Source of the DNA: a virus
Reading direction: 5' to 3' (one strand)
Virus record (IMG/VR): IMGVR_UViG_3300020045_002314
Coordinates: 1 to 64,000 of that record
Length of the DNA stretch: 64,000 bases
A program made the position numbers and the translations under genes. A model generated the notes under the pieces. It ran no database searches, was not told where the DNA came from, and saw only the letters and a program-made list of their open reading frames with translations. Below, piece after piece: positions 1 to 10,283 of this stretch (position 1 is the first letter of the stretch; each line of letters starts with the position of its first letter).

Positions 1-366
1 TTAGAAGATACTACAAATGTTGCTGCTGCAACTAATTATTATCCTTCAGCTTTAGGTATGCCTATAGATACAGCAAAAGCAAGTCTAGGAGTATCATTTA
101 AAATGATTGATGCAGATGGAACTATGACTTTATCTATTGAAGGTACACGTGATGAAGATTTAACTAATGCTGATTGGAATGATATTTCATTATCTTTTAT
201 TGATGATAAAACTGGGATAAATGTTATACTTGCTGCTTTAACTGTTACTAATGGAACATTACAAGGTGAACTTACAAAAACATTATGTAATTATAGTGCA
301 ATTAGATTTAAAATGGTTAATAACGGTGCTACTAATACATTCATTTTAAAAGCAAGAATTAATTAA
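1..366 (+). CDS. Hypothetical virion/tail-associated protein, 5'-truncated by window edge
   Basis: Frame is open from base 1 (LEDTTNVAAATNYYPSALG) into the tracked ATG at 58; beta-rich composition; sits in the structural module. Confidence 0.6.
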   Translation, partial: LEDTTNVAAATNYYPSALGMPIDTAKASLGVSFKMIDADGTMTLSIEGTRDEDLTNADWNDISLSFIDDKTGINVILAALTVTNGTLQGELTKTLCNYSAIRFKMVNNGATNTFILKARIN

Positions 367-368
367 TT

Positions 369-596
369 ATGGAAGATAATACTAAAGTAAAAGTTAAAAT
401 TGCGATAGCAAATTTACTTACAACTAAAGTTGATGAAATAACAATCATAAATGAAATTGAGAACGGATTTATATTTGGTACTTATGATAATAATGTACAT
501 TTATTAAAATCTGATATTAAAATTGCATATGATGAAGTTTATTCTGAATTAAATCCTATTATTGTTGAAGAACAATCACTAGAACAATCTGAATAA
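369..596 (+). CDS. Small acidic hypothetical protein (possible tail fiber chaperone)
   Basis: 75-aa ORF packed tightly between neighbours; TAATG overlap with next gene. Confidence 0.5.
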   Translation: MEDNTKVKVKIAIANLLTTKVDEITIINEIENGFIFGTYDNNVHLLKSDIKIAYDEVYSELNPIIVEEQSLEQSE

Positions 597-1780
597 TGAA
601 AGAATCTATTTATAGTAACGATAGTAGTTGTATACTCAGAGAAACCTTTGATAGTGAAGCAGGAGTACGTTCTAGAGGAGGTATTCCTAGTAATGTAACT
701 TTTGATAAAGGTGTATGTATATTTCCTAATAGTGGTACTCCTTATGTTAGTTATCCAAATTTAAGTATATCTGGAGCGGTAACTATAAGACTTAAATTTT
801 ATTTTGATGGTGTTACTGCAACTAATAGATATTTATTTGATGGCAGACTTACTCAAACGATAGGAAATGGTATTATTTATATTAATGCAAGTAATACACT
901 ATCATTTTCAGGATTTGGAATTTCTTATGTAAATGGAGTTAATACAACTACTGTTCAAATTGGTTGGAATGAAATTGTGTTAGCAACAACTTCAGTATCT
1001 ATTAAAAAAGTAGTAGTTGGTTCGGGATGGGGATTAATTACACCAAGTTCTAATGGTTTCAAATATGAACTCTTTGAAATCTACAACAGAACTTTATCTC
1101 CATCAGAAGTTAAGAATCTGTATAACAATAAAACTAATGTAGTATTACCACAAGTTATTAATTCTACTAAAAAGAAAATAATTGATGTAAATGCTTATGA
1201 TGGAATTATTAAGAATACATTAAGTGGGCAAACTATTAATGGGAATTTAGTTCCTTCTATAATTAATAATAATGTATTAGTAGAGAATGGAGTAATGAGA
1301 TTTCCTAGTGCAGCTTATTTAGATTTAGGAAATTATCAACCATTAACTGGAGATTTGACTATTATGGGTTGGGTGAAGGTTCAAACAAAATTAACAACAG
1401 TTGCCAATAATAGAATAATTACTAATGGTCAATTAGCCGTTAATATATGGACTAATAACAACATTTTTATAAGTTCTAATAATAGTGTTAGTTATTTTTT
1501 ATCTACAGGACAAAATGTGTTTTCTCCTTCTAATTGGAAATTTATAACTATAATAAGAACTTCTGTTGGAATAACAACCTTATATATAGACGGCATTATA
1601 TATACAACTCCTGGTGCAACATCATCGGGAACACCTATAATTGGAACAACAAATATTAAAATAGGAGATACAACAAATAATTTTATTGGTAAACTTTCAT
1701 CTCTAACAATATTTGAAGGATTACTTGATATTTCGGAAATAACTCAACATTGGTCACAAACTAAACAATATTTAAAATAA
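596..1780 (+). CDS. LamG/concanavalin-A-like domain tail or receptor-binding protein (two domains)
   Basis: Two LamG-type signatures: 'WNEIVL...FEIYNRTLSPSEVKNLY' and 'LTIMGWVK...WKFITI...LYIDG...FIGKLSSLTIFEGLLDISEI'. Confidence 0.75.
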   Translation: MKESIYSNDSSCILRETFDSEAGVRSRGGIPSNVTFDKGVCIFPNSGTPYVSYPNLSISGAVTIRLKFYFDGVTATNRYLFDGRLTQTIGNGIIYINASNTLSFSGFGISYVNGVNTTTVQIGWNEIVLATTSVSIKKVVVGSGWGLITPSSNGFKYELFEIYNRTLSPSEVKNLYNNKTNVVLPQVINSTKKKIIDVNAYDGIIKNTLSGQTINGNLVPSIINNNVLVENGVMRFPSAAYLDLGNYQPLTGDLTIMGWVKVQTKLTTVANNRIITNGQLAVNIWTNNNIFISSNNSVSYFLSTGQNVFSPSNWKFITIIRTSVGITTLYIDGIIYTTPGATSSGTPIIGTTNIKIGDTTNNFIGKLSSLTIFEGLLDISEITQHWSQTKQYLK

Positions 1781-4092
1781 TGGCATTAATATCAAAATTA
1801 AATATACAGAATGGTAGTTTGATTGACCAAGTAACTGGACTTCAGGCTACAATAGTTGGAAGTAAATTAAAACTTGAACAAACTCCTACTAAGGGTTTTA
1901 TGTTAAGTAATAATGGAACTACTGGTAATTATGTAGATATTCCTAATAGTACTACAATGACTAATAATGGAGATTGGAGTGTTGCAGTAGGGTTAAATCT
2001 TACCTCAACTATAAATCAGGGGATATTAACAAAAGGACAAAATATTGGGGGAGCAGGATGGAAAATATACTATTATAGTAAAACATTAAGATTTAATTAT
2101 GGGGTTGATTATGTTATTCCTTATACTATAAACGAAAATATTCATGTTGTAATAACTTATTTAAGCGGTAGATTTTATATATATAAAAATGGAGTTTTAT
2201 TAACATCTATCCTTAGTTCATTTACTAATAACGTAAGCCCTATTCGTTTAACTGAAACATTTAATAATACTACAGGAAGTACACTTAAAGGTAAAATTGG
2301 AACTCCTTCAATTTATAATCATGCTTTAACTCAATCAGAAATAAACAATTTATATAAAGAATGGTTAACTCCTAAATCAACTGTTAACCTTATAAGAGAA
2401 AGTGAAGTTACTCTTCCAAATGAATATAAAGATTCAAGATTGGTTGCAGTATACTCAGGTAATTTAACACCTGATAGAAAATGTGTTGATAAATCAGGAA
2501 ATAATAATTCTCTTAATACTAATGGAAATCCTATTAATGTAAATGGAATACAATTTAATGGTAAAGATTATTTTCAAAGAGCAGTATTTACACAAATATC
2601 AAAATCTTTAAGTTTTTCTATAGCTACTATTATTAAACCTAAAAATATAATTAATTATCAAGGTATATTATCTAATTTTACAGCATCTACTAATAGATTT
2701 CAATTATTTATTAAGGATGGATATATACAAGTTACATTTCAAACATCTACCGCAATAGTAGGATATACTGTTAAAGCACCTATTACAGCTAATATAGTAA
2801 CTACCGTTTTAGTTATTCATGATATTAATATAGTAGGAGTTTGTAAATTTAAATTGTATGTAAATGGAATACTTTACAATACTGATACTGGTGCTTTTGA
2901 ATTAGCTAATACTGGTACTTGTGTAATTGGAGCAGATAGTAATGGCGCTAATGGTTTTTATACTGGAAGTATTAAAGAACTCTTAATCTATAATTCAGTA
3001 CTATCAACTAATGAAATTAAGCAATACCATAACAAATGGGTTCAACCAGTATTAATAGAAAAGTTTAATTATGGTGCTGATGGAATTACTAAAGAGATTC
3101 CTAGTTGGATTAAGAAAAGTGGAAGTTTTAAAATTGGTGAATTTGTAAAACAACAAAGTTATTATTCGGATTTCAGCAGTGATACTAATGGTTGGTCAGG
3201 AACGAGGTCAATAGTTAGTGGCAATAATGACTCAGTATTTGGTAAAGACAATGTTTTAAAATTATATGCAGATGGTAGTAATGGTTCTCATTTTATGTCA
3301 AAACCATATCCTACGATAGTCGGTAAAACTTATAAATTTAAATTCAAATATTATCTACCATCAGGACAGACTAATGTTAATAGACTTCAATTAGACAATA
3401 ATGTCGTAGGCATTGCTAATATTTTAAATCCAGTATTAGATACTTGGACTACACATGAAGTTACATTTAAACCTACTACTGGGTCAGGTGTTAGCATTTA
3501 CATATGGTTAACTACTCTAAGTTATCAAGGATTGAATGATCCAAATAATGACAGATTGTTTATTACAGATTTTGAAATTACAGAAATCGAACAACTCCCA
3601 AACTTTAACAAAACAAAATATTTAGAATGTGTAACAAATGGTATTATTGCATTACCAAGTAATCAAGCATATGGAAGTTGGGAACTGGATTTATATAAAG
3701 GTGCTGATGGAAATAATATTGAAATCTTACCTATATCTTCAACTAATTACATTAAAGGTGCAGCTTATGATTTTAATATTAAGTCAAATGAAGGTATTGA
3801 TTTTCTAAAATCTGATGGAACTAATTATATAGTTTTAACAAGAACAATCTCTTCTTATATTCAAAACTTTACTTGGTATCGTATTCGTATTACACGTACT
3901 ATCTCAGGAGTATTCACAGTTTATATATTAGGTGGTACATTTACAACTTGGACATTAGTTTCAACAACTGGTGGAAGTGGTACAAATCCAGTTACAGATA
4001 ATACTTATCAAACTTCTAATTATTTTGTATTAGATATTGATGCAGGCGATAGAATTGCCAACATTCAATTAGTAAATGGAATTAAAGTATGA
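1780..4092 (+). CDS. Multi-domain LamG/CBM-like tail fiber or receptor-binding protein
   Basis: LamG signatures 'HVVITY..YIYKNG..IYNHALTQSEINNLY' and 'LYVNG..FYTGSIKELLIYNSVLSTNEI'; CBM-like segment 'VGKTYKFKFKYYLP..DTWTTHEVTF'. Confidence 0.75.
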   Translation: MALISKLNIQNGSLIDQVTGLQATIVGSKLKLEQTPTKGFMLSNNGTTGNYVDIPNSTTMTNNGDWSVAVGLNLTSTINQGILTKGQNIGGAGWKIYYYSKTLRFNYGVDYVIPYTINENIHVVITYLSGRFYIYKNGVLLTSILSSFTNNVSPIRLTETFNNTTGSTLKGKIGTPSIYNHALTQSEINNLYKEWLTPKSTVNLIRESEVTLPNEYKDSRLVAVYSGNLTPDRKCVDKSGNNNSLNTNGNPINVNGIQFNGKDYFQRAVFTQISKSLSFSIATIIKPKNIINYQGILSNFTASTNRFQLFIKDGYIQVTFQTSTAIVGYTVKAPITANIVTTVLVIHDINIVGVCKFKLYVNGILYNTDTGAFELANTGTCVIGADSNGANGFYTGSIKELLIYNSVLSTNEIKQYHNKWVQPVLIEKFNYGADGITKEIPSWIKKSGSFKIGEFVKQQSYYSDFSSDTNGWSGTRSIVSGNNDSVFGKDNVLKLYADGSNGSHFMSKPYPTIVGKTYKFKFKYYLPSGQTNVNRLQLDNNVVGIANILNPVLDTWTTHEVTFKPTTGSGVSIYIWLTTLSYQGLNDPNNDRLFITDFEITEIEQLPNFNKTKYLECVTNGIIALPSNQAYGSWELDLYKGADGNNIEILPISSTNYIKGAAYDFNIKSNEGIDFLKSDGTNYIVLTRTISSYIQNFTWYRIRITRTISGVFTVYILGGTFTTWTLVSTTGGSGTNPVTDNTYQTSNYFVLDIDAGDRIANIQLVNGIKV

Positions 4093-4514
4093 CAACATTA
4101 ATAATAATTTCATTATATTTAATTTGGATAGCATTTTCCATATTAACAGCTAACTTTGAATCTAAGTATTGGGCATTACGTAATAAAACTTCTAATGTAT
4201 TTAAGTTTAAGAATGAACATAATATACTTACTTTAATACGAGTATGTTTAGCATTACCAATCAGTTTAATATTCTTTTATTACTTCTCATGGTATGCTAT
4301 TGCAGGAAGTATAAGTTTAATTACAATGTTTCCTTATTTTCATGATGGATTTTATTATTACTTTAGAAATAAAATAGATGGTAGTTATCCTAAAGGATTT
4401 AAAGATACATCTAATACATCAACTACTAAGAATGAAACTTTAGATTATAGAACAAGAACACTATTATTATTAATACACACACCTATTTTAATTATATTAA
4501 TGTTAACTAAATAA
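4089..4514 (+). CDS. Multi-pass membrane protein at the start of the lysis region
   Basis: 3-4 hydrophobic segments; ATGA overlap with upstream gene. Confidence 0.55.
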   Translation: MTTLIIISLYLIWIAFSILTANFESKYWALRNKTSNVFKFKNEHNILTLIRVCLALPISLIFFYYFSWYAIAGSISLITMFPYFHDGFYYYFRNKIDGSYPKGFKDTSNTSTTKNETLDYRTRTLLLLIHTPILIILMLTK

Positions 4515-4529
4515 TTATTTTTTTTATAA

Positions 4530-4865
4530 ATGAGCCTATTATTAAATATACTTTTAGACCCAATTAAATCAGCTATTGCTACAATTACAAGTAGTGCTAG
4601 TTTTACTATATTAGATATAGTTCAAACAACAATAACTAATGATACATTAAGTATTGTATCAACTGCAATGAAACATATAAGTTTTGCAACAGCAATGATT
4701 GCATTTATTTTTACAACAATTGCATTTGTTCAAAAACAAATAGATAGATATAATCGAAATAAACTAAGTAAAGTATTTAAAGATGATGATGATTCATATT
4801 TAGATAATAAATCAATTGGTAAAGCAAAACGTAAAATAACAAAACATAAACCTAAACAATTATGA
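4530..4865 (+). CDS. Putative holin
   Basis: Hydrophobic helix (ISFATAMIAFIFTTIAFV) followed by a charged, basic C-terminal tail; directly upstream of the endolysin with ATGA overlap. Confidence 0.55.
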   Translation: MSLLLNILLDPIKSAIATITSSASFTILDIVQTTITNDTLSIVSTAMKHISFATAMIAFIFTTIAFVQKQIDRYNRNKLSKVFKDDDDSYLDNKSIGKAKRKITKHKPKQL

Positions 4866-5377
4866 GTATAGATAAAACTAAAAATATAAGTAATCATATA
4901 ACTTATAAAGAAGCAGTCTATTCAAGAGATGCTTTAAGATATAATATTGATAATACACCTAATGAACAACAATTAGCTAATATGCAATATGTTGCTAATG
5001 GTATATTTGAACCTGCTAGAATACATTTTGGAATTAGAATGTATATATCTAGTTTTTTTAGAATATTAACATTAAATAAAAAAATAGGTAGTACTGCTAA
5101 ACATGGACATCCTGATGGAACTTGTATAGATGTTGATTGTGATGTTTACGAAGGTATTACCAATAAACAATTATTTTGTTATATTTATAAAAATTTAAAT
5201 TTTACAGAGCTTATATATGAACATCCTAAAGATGAAAAGGATTTAACTAAAGGTTGTGAATGGGTACACTTTCAATTAGTTAAAGGTAGAGAGAAAGAAA
5301 AAGAAGTTGGCATAGTAACATCTAAAGGTTGGAGATTATTAACTAAACAAGAAATTAATTTAATTTTAAATTCATAG
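4862..5377 (+). CDS. Endolysin, peptidase M15A family (Zn D-Ala-D-Ala carboxypeptidase fold)
   Basis: 'IDNTP', 'ISSFFR...LNKKIG...GHPDGTCID...WVH' match the M15A R...H..G.A.D...WVH pattern. Confidence 0.85.
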   Translation: MSIDKTKNISNHITYKEAVYSRDALRYNIDNTPNEQQLANMQYVANGIFEPARIHFGIRMYISSFFRILTLNKKIGSTAKHGHPDGTCIDVDCDVYEGITNKQLFCYIYKNLNFTELIYEHPKDEKDLTKGCEWVHFQLVKGREKEKEVGIVTSKGWRLLTKQEINLILNS

Positions 5378-5380
5378 AAT

Positions 5381-6058
5381 ATGTATAATAAACAATATAG
5401 AAATACAGGAATATTAATAGAAGGTATTAATAATAAAATGAATAATGTTTTAATAGATAAAGCATTATATGAAGCACATGATTTATTAGGTGTAAATAAT
5501 ACTCCTGTTTATAAATCAATTGATATACCATTAACTACTATTTTTACAAATATAGTAGATGAAGATATTACAGTATGTACATTAGAATATACAAGTAAAG
5601 GTTTAATGTTAAAAGTTCCTAAAACAGATACTTTAACTACACAAGCTATTATTATACAAGCTTTACCTTTAGATTATAAACTTAATACTAATTTTACAAT
5701 TAAAGTTGTGTATGCTACAGATGATGTTATACCTGAAAATGAAGAATTAACATTTGCTACACTTATTCAATTAATTAGTAAAACAAGTATTATATTAGAT
5801 GTAGATAATGTACCAGTATTAGATGAAGAGTTAACATTAGGTGATACCACAACTAAAGATATTAAACAAACATATATTACAAGGACAGATATTGATTTTG
5901 AAGAAATGCCTATTACTAAAGATAATACTTTTAAAATAATATTACATAGAGGTACATCTGAATTAGATACACTTGTTAATTTATATATTTGTAATGTAGA
6001 ACTTATATATGAAACAGAAGGTATAGGAAGTAAAGAACAATTAACTAAAGTTTTATAA
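5381..6058 (+). CDS. Hypothetical protein, beta-rich, probably structural
   Basis: 225-aa ORF; 'LPLDYKLNTNFTIKVVY' suggests a jelly-roll; no firm family recognised. Confidence 0.5.
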   Translation: MYNKQYRNTGILIEGINNKMNNVLIDKALYEAHDLLGVNNTPVYKSIDIPLTTIFTNIVDEDITVCTLEYTSKGLMLKVPKTDTLTTQAIIIQALPLDYKLNTNFTIKVVYATDDVIPENEELTFATLIQLISKTSIILDVDNVPVLDEELTLGDTTTKDIKQTYITRTDIDFEEMPITKDNTFKIILHRGTSELDTLVNLYICNVELIYETEGIGSKEQLTKVL

Positions 6059-6060
6059 TT

Positions 6061-6150
6061 ATGCAGATATTAGTAAAATTATCTATAAAATATGAATTTA
6101 TATTTTATATATTATTAGGAATATCAATAATAACATTTAATATATTATAA
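6061..6150 (+). CDS. Untracked 29-aa single-TM micropeptide (MQILVKLSIKYEFIFYILLGISIITFNIL)
   Basis: ATG..TAA fills the intergenic gap exactly, with the same TAA-tt-ATG spacing on both sides; hydrophobic C-terminal half. Confidence 0.55.
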   Translation: MQILVKLSIKYEFIFYILLGISIITFNIL

Positions 6151-6152
6151 TT

Positions 6153-6395
6153 ATGTTTACAGAATATTTAAAATCAGGTACAGAAGAATCAAGTATTAGA
6201 TTAGTATTAGTATGGGCAATGTGGTTAATGACATCTGTATTTGTTGCAATAGATAGTTATATTATTATTGCAGCTATTAAATCTAGTACTATAGAATTTA
6301 CTGGTATAACTATATTAATTACTTCATTAGGAGTATTTATAACACCATTTTTATATTATAAAAATAAACAAAAAAGATTAGAACTTAATAAATAA
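6153..6395 (+). CDS. Two-TM holin-like membrane protein
   Basis: 'SSIR' followed by two hydrophobic helices and a basic C-terminus; lies in the lysis cassette. Confidence 0.55.
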   Translation: MFTEYLKSGTEESSIRLVLVWAMWLMTSVFVAIDSYIIIAAIKSSTIEFTGITILITSLGVFITPFLYYKNKQKRLELNK

Positions 6396-6402
6396 TAACA
6401 TT

Positions 6403-6996
6403 ATGATACTTATAGATATATTAAAATTATTAAAAAAATATGGTGTTTACTTGATACTAGGTATATTATTAATTATATTAGTATTTTACTACAATGATAT
6501 TAAGAAGTTAAAATCTGATAATATAAGATTACAAAGTAATGTAGAATCTTTAGAATTAAATAAAGATAATTTAGAATTAACTTATACAGATAAAGAATTT
6601 AAAAAGTTTAAAGCTGATTTAGTAGAATATATACAAGATTCTATGAAGATAAAAGTTAAAACTGTACAACAAGTTAACACAACTATTATAAATAATTATG
6701 ATACAAGCACAATTGTATTTCCTAGTACTAAAAAGAATGATACTATATATGTTACTAAATTAATATATGATTGTTTAACAGTAGATGTAGAATTTAATAC
6801 AGCTACTAATTCATTTATTAGTAAAGGATATAATTATAATGATTCAATTATAGAAGTATATTACGATAGTACAAAACATTGGTTTAATATTAAATGGATG
6901 CCTACATTGTGGATGAAATCAGTAATAGTTAAAACAGCTAAATCAAAATGTAATAGTTCTATAAAAACAGAAAGAATAAATTTAATAAAAAATTAA
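6403..6996 (+). CDS. Spanin-like protein (N-terminal TM plus coiled coil)
   Basis: N-terminal TM (VYLILGILLIILVFYY), then coiled coil 'IKKLKSDNIRLQSNVESL'; last gene of the lysis cassette. Confidence 0.55.
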   Translation: MILIDILKLLKKYGVYLILGILLIILVFYYNDIKKLKSDNIRLQSNVESLELNKDNLELTYTDKEFKKFKADLVEYIQDSMKIKVKTVQQVNTTIINNYDTSTIVFPSTKKNDTIYVTKLIYDCLTVDVEFNTATNSFISKGYNYNDSIIEVYYDSTKHWFNIKWMPTLWMKSVIVKTAKSKCNSSIKTERINLIKN

Positions 6997-6997
6997 T

Positions 6998-8872
6998 ATG
7001 TTATATACATTACAATTAAGAAGATATGTTAATAATGTCTTAGATTTAACACAAGCTAATAGATTTCTAAGATTTTATAATACAGGTATAAATGGAGAAA
7101 GTTATACTAATGTAACTACTAATTTCTCAAATATACCAACTACATATAATATTGAATTAACTTCTACAACAGGACATATTGTATTAGCTACAGTTTCAAC
7201 AACAGGAGTTTCAGCTGATTATAATTTATTATTAAATGTGCCTTATATATTTAATAATGAAATATATATTTGTAAGTTTTCATACAAAGACCATTCAAAC
7301 GATACTGAAAAAATATATACCTTTATATTATCTAATATAACTAAAACTATTACTATTAATATAGATACTACAGGTAATATGTTTAAACCCTCACCTGTAT
7401 TTATTTATAACCCTGTAGATAATAATATATATGGTTATGATTTAGCAAATCATACAAACATATCCGTAGTACATACAATAGGTACAGACGTAATATCAAG
7501 AAACTTAAATACTATATTATCTATTACAAAAGATTGTATTATAACATCTGTATATACTCAAATTGTAAATGATGTTGCTACTAATATTACTGTTAATACA
7601 CAATTAGAATATATTAGTAATGTAATTCAAGTTACATCCTCAATTACAGATGATGGTTATTTTAAAATTAATGATAGAATTACTAAAAATACATCTTTAA
7701 TAGCTAATCAAATATTTAATTTTACTGCTAATTCATATTTAAATATAGCACCTGTTATTGGTAAATCTATATTTAGTAAATTATTTATAGAAACACTTAG
7801 TAAAACTACTAACTATACAGAATATTTAAATACAAAAATTACAGCCAATCCTATACAATTACATTCATTATTTACAAGTTATGTAAAAGGATTTAATTCT
7901 GATACTATTGCTAAATTAGATAGTTTTGTACCATATAAATTTGGTAATACTATTATACCAACAACTCAATCTTTTATAACATTACAAGAAGGTCATTCTT
8001 ATTATGTTAATAGGATAGGTACTACAGCAAGTAGTAAAACAGGTACATTAACTTATTCAGGTAATACAATTACATTAACATTAAACGAATCATTTACAGT
8101 AGATATGTCACAATATGTAACATCTTTAGTAAATGATGATAATTTAATAATGGCTGCTTCAAATAATTCTATTGAATTAATTGAATGTACTACAGCACCT
8201 AAATTAAATATTAATTATATCGTAGTTACATCAACTGGTTCTATAAATAGCGTAACACAAACTAAATTTGATATTGTTTATTTTAAAACAACTAATCAAT
8301 TATTACAAAATTTATATTTAATTCCAGCAAGTCTTAAAGTAATAGATTTATATGAAGTAGAGTTTAAAGGTATTGAAGAAGTTGAATTATTATATAATAA
8401 TGATTATAATTACACATTATATAATAAATCTTTATCTATAATTAATTTAGAAATATATAAATTAAATTATGAAAATGAAATTGTAACAGAAGAAATATTA
8501 AAAGATACATTAAGTATTTTATCTAATAATACAGCTACTTTAACATTTAATGAAGATGGTATTTATAAATTTATTATAAATAATGAAGTATATTATTTTG
8601 TATCCTATTTAAATATAGAATTATGTATATTACAATTTATTAATTCATTAATTTGTGATAATGGTTGTATAACTTCTAAATGTAGTTTATATAGTAAAAC
8701 GAATTATACAGCAGCATCAACTTTATATAAATTACTTAAAGATTTAACAACTAATATATTAGGTGATAGATTATATAATAGTGTATTAGAAAGTAATATA
8801 GCTAAATTACATTCGATTAATGATATTATTACTAGAGCCAATAAATTTTGTAATTGTATAACTATATGTTAA
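6998..8872 (+). CDS. Virion/tail structural protein with Cys-rich C-terminus
   Basis: 624 aa, Thr/Asn/Ile-rich beta composition; C-terminal helical Cys-rich segment (LICDNGC..KC..FCNCITIC). Confidence 0.5.
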   Translation: MLYTLQLRRYVNNVLDLTQANRFLRFYNTGINGESYTNVTTNFSNIPTTYNIELTSTTGHIVLATVSTTGVSADYNLLLNVPYIFNNEIYICKFSYKDHSNDTEKIYTFILSNITKTITINIDTTGNMFKPSPVFIYNPVDNNIYGYDLANHTNISVVHTIGTDVISRNLNTILSITKDCIITSVYTQIVNDVATNITVNTQLEYISNVIQVTSSITDDGYFKINDRITKNTSLIANQIFNFTANSYLNIAPVIGKSIFSKLFIETLSKTTNYTEYLNTKITANPIQLHSLFTSYVKGFNSDTIAKLDSFVPYKFGNTIIPTTQSFITLQEGHSYYVNRIGTTASSKTGTLTYSGNTITLTLNESFTVDMSQYVTSLVNDDNLIMAASNNSIELIECTTAPKLNINYIVVTSTGSINSVTQTKFDIVYFKTTNQLLQNLYLIPASLKVIDLYEVEFKGIEEVELLYNNDYNYTLYNKSLSIINLEIYKLNYENEIVTEEILKDTLSILSNNTATLTFNEDGIYKFIINNEVYYFVSYLNIELCILQFINSLICDNGCITSKCSLYSKTNYTAASTLYKLLKDLTTNILGDRLYNSVLESNIAKLHSINDIITRANKFCNCITIC

Positions 8873-9261
8873 ATACTATATCAAATATATTATACCCATC
8901 TTTACATAAAGATTTAAATCAATATGTAAAAGAATTAAGATTATATGGATTTGCAAATATTAATTATATAATGAAATATACTTGTGCTAAACAATATATT
9001 GAATTATTAAAATATCATGTAGAAACATATGGTTTAAATAAAACAACAACATTATCATTATTTAATTATAATGAAATAAAAACAAAATTTGCTTGTTTTA
9101 ATATAGACTTAGATTATATAATGAACAATTATCATATTGGTTTTGTAGATACAGATAATTCACAATTATTTAATCAAGCATTAATACCTAATCAAGTAGA
9201 ACAATATTTGGTATATAGTAATTTTATACCAACAAAACAATTATTTAATCAACATTTATAA
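8854..9261 (+). CDS. Hypothetical tail-region protein
   Basis: ORF in the structural operon; start may be at a downstream Met. Confidence 0.5.
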   Translation: MYNYMLNTISNILYPSLHKDLNQYVKELRLYGFANINYIMKYTCAKQYIELLKYHVETYGLNKTTTLSLFNYNEIKTKFACFNIDLDYIMNNYHIGFVDTDNSQLFNQALIPNQVEQYLVYSNFIPTKQLFNQHL

Positions 9262-9272
9262 AAATTAATATT

Positions 9273-10280
9273 ATGCCAACTATTAAAGAATTTAGAGAAT
9301 GGTATTTACGAGAAGTACAAGTACCTAGTGGTAGTAAAGCAGATGTCGAACCTAACTTTCCAATACAGTATTTAGAAACAACATGGAATGGTGTTAAAAA
9401 TGTATATAATAGATTGTTAGCTAAACATTATGCTACAGATGAAGTTATACGTAAATTTGCAGAATCAATAACATTTAAATTAAATCCCGAAGATGAAGCT
9501 ACAGATTCATTAGATAATTCTATATATCCCTTATATGGGGGTCTTGTACGATATGCTAATAGTAAAGCTGTTAGAACTCGTAGTAAAAATACAAATGATA
9601 TTTATTCTGCTAATGTTGTTACATCTACATTATTACCATCTTTAGATACAGATGTATTATATAATACTTTAAAAAGTACATATAGATATGTAAATATAAT
9701 AACTAGTGTATCTACTTCTGATTTAAGTGTAGTAGCTACATGGGAAACATTAGGACAAAATTATAAAATATATCAATCAATTGAATCTATAAGTAAAGAT
9801 ATATGGTTACCTTATAATACATATACTAAACTCAATAGTGCAAGTGGAGAAGTATATATATATCCTAATCCTATGTCTTTTCCAGATAATACAATAACTG
9901 AATTTGAATGTTTAATTCATCCTAATAGTTATACTAATGTTGGAGATTTTAAACTTATTATCGCTAATACTATTTTTAATTCTCCTTTTGCATCATCTGT
10001 TGCATTTAAAAATCCAAGTGGAGGTAGTATTGTAACTAATACTCTAAAAGTTAATATTAAGTTATATAATAATGCAGGTAGTACTACAGCTATTGTTAAA
10101 TGGGATATAATTGGTGTATTAGAAGCAATTAATACTGAACTTCCTTATAATGGAATAGTTGAATATTTAGATACTCCTTTTGCTACTAGTGATGGAGATA
10201 TTAAAATATCAAGTAGTAATTCATTATCTAATTTTAGTATATATGATGTAAAACATATTGAAACACCACTACAACTTTAA
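9273..10280 (+). CDS. Hypothetical tail-region protein
   Basis: 335-aa ORF in the structural operon. Confidence 0.5.
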   Translation: MPTIKEFREWYLREVQVPSGSKADVEPNFPIQYLETTWNGVKNVYNRLLAKHYATDEVIRKFAESITFKLNPEDEATDSLDNSIYPLYGGLVRYANSKAVRTRSKNTNDIYSANVVTSTLLPSLDTDVLYNTLKSTYRYVNIITSVSTSDLSVVATWETLGQNYKIYQSIESISKDIWLPYNTYTKLNSASGEVYIYPNPMSFPDNTITEFECLIHPNSYTNVGDFKLIIANTIFNSPFASSVAFKNPSGGSIVTNTLKVNIKLYNNAGSTTAIVKWDIIGVLEAINTELPYNGIVEYLDTPFATSDGDIKISSSNSLSNFSIYDVKHIETPLQL

Positions 10281-10283
10281 ATT

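Noticed and set aside
596-4092. Diversity-generating retroelement target in the tail fibers
   Set aside because: No reverse transcriptase and no TR/VR near-duplicate with adenine-specific mismatches was seen in this window
5375-5383. TAG followed 3 nt later by an in-frame ATG (also at 41117-41125), suggesting amber recoding or read-through as in some crAss lineages
   Set aside because: The same 3-nt spacing follows a TAA stop (10278-10286). Very long ORFs are intact under code 11 with no TAG/TGA fragmentation, the fused products make no sense, and no suppressor tRNA is seen.
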